Shown piece by piece: positions 5,889 through 6,456 of a stretch of 6,456 nucleotides of DNA. Numbering within the stretch: position 1 is the first letter of the stretch; every line of letters starts with the position of its first letter. Source of the stretch: a virus (lineage: Duplodnaviria > Heunggongvirae > Uroviricota > Caudoviricetes); the IMG/VR virus record IMGVR_UViG_2529292728_000022; one strand, 5' to 3'. The notes beneath the pieces are model-generated. The model was given only the letters and a program-made list of their open reading frames with translations. It did not search any database and was not told the origin of the DNA. Both the position numbers and the translations under genes were made by a program.

Positions 5889-6456
5889 ATGGGCAAAGGT
5901 GGCGGCAAGGCGCACACGCCGGTAGAGGCAAAGGACAATCTTAAGTCCACGCAGATGATGAGCGTGATTGATGCCATTGGTGAAGGGCCGATTGAAGGTC
6001 CGGTGAAGGGGCTGCAGAGTATCCTGGTGAACAAAACCCCGCTGACGGACACGGACGGTAATCCTGTGATACATGGTGTGACAGCGGTCTGGCGCGCCGG
6101 GGAGCAGGAGCAGACACCACCTGAAGGCTTTGAGTCCTCCGGGGCGGAAACCGCACTGGGCGTGGAAGTGACGAAGGCAAAGCCGGTGACGCGCACCATT
6201 ACGTCCGCGAACATTGACCGCCTGCGGGTCACCTTCGGGGTGCAGTCACTGTTGGAGACCACCTCAAAGGGCGACCGTAATCCCTCTTCTGTCCGACTGC
6301 TGATTCAGTTACAGCGTAACGGTAACTGGGTGACGGAAAAGGATGTCACCATTAACGGCAAGACCACCTCGCAGTTTCTGGCGTCGGTGATTCTGGATAA
6401 TCTGCCTCCCCGTCCTTTTAACATCCGGATGGTCCGGGAGACAGCGGACAGCACCT
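5889..6456 (+). CDS. J: Host specificity / central tail fibre protein J (lambda gpJ homolog), N-terminal ~189 aa only; continues beyond the window
   Basis: ATG at 5889 preceded by AAAGGGTGAG. The translation MGKGGGKAHTPVEAKDNLKSTQMMSVIDAIGEGPIEGPV...AGEQEQTPPEGFESSG...TITSANIDRL...TSKGDRNP...LPPRPFNIRM is open to the window end and closely matches the recalled lambda gpJ N-terminus. It is absent from the ORF track because it has no stop in the window. Confidence 0.9.
   Translation, partial: MGKGGGKAHTPVEAKDNLKSTQMMSVIDAIGEGPIEGPVKGLQSILVNKTPLTDTDGNPVIHGVTAVWRAGEQEQTPPEGFESSGAETALGVEVTKAKPVTRTITSANIDRLRVTFGVQSLLETTSKGDRNPSSVRLLIQLQRNGNWVTEKDVTINGKTTSQFLASVILDNLPPRPFNIRMVRETADST

Noticed and set aside
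5813-6262. Minus-strand ORFs (149, 85, 79 aa) antisense to the 5' end of J
   Set aside because: They are antisense to a highly conserved J N-terminal coding region, with no start context.
1-6456. CRISPR arrays, tRNA/rRNA genes, integrase or attachment sites
   Set aside because: No regularly spaced direct repeats, no tRNA-like cloverleaf candidates, and no recombinase-like ORF are visible in this window.

Overview
This window is the distal half of a lambda-like (siphovirus) tail morphogenesis operon, all on the + strand: a 1080-aa tail tape measure protein (47..3289), then homologs of lambda M, L, K and I (3282..5653) and the 5' end of the host-specificity/central tail fibre gene J (5889..end, truncated by the window). 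Gene junctions are tightly packed (H/M 8-nt overlap with a GTG start, M/L ATGA overlap, K/I 103-nt overlap), consistent with translational coupling. The one stretch the tail genes do not explain is a 235-bp AT-rich gap between I and J (5654..5888). It carries two outward-facing intrinsic-terminator hairpins (- strand at the left edge, + strand at the right edge) and a reasonable sigma70 promoter on the - strand, with no credible ORF. I read this as a small moron-like insert most likely encoding a ~100-nt antisense-oriented small RNA, possibly with a shorter divergent + strand transcript. This is the best candidate for something undescribed, but it rests on motif reading only. The overall high GC of the genes suggests a prophage or phage of a higher-GC enterobacterium rather than E. 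coli K-12 lambda itself. All protein comparisons to lambda are from memory, not from a search.
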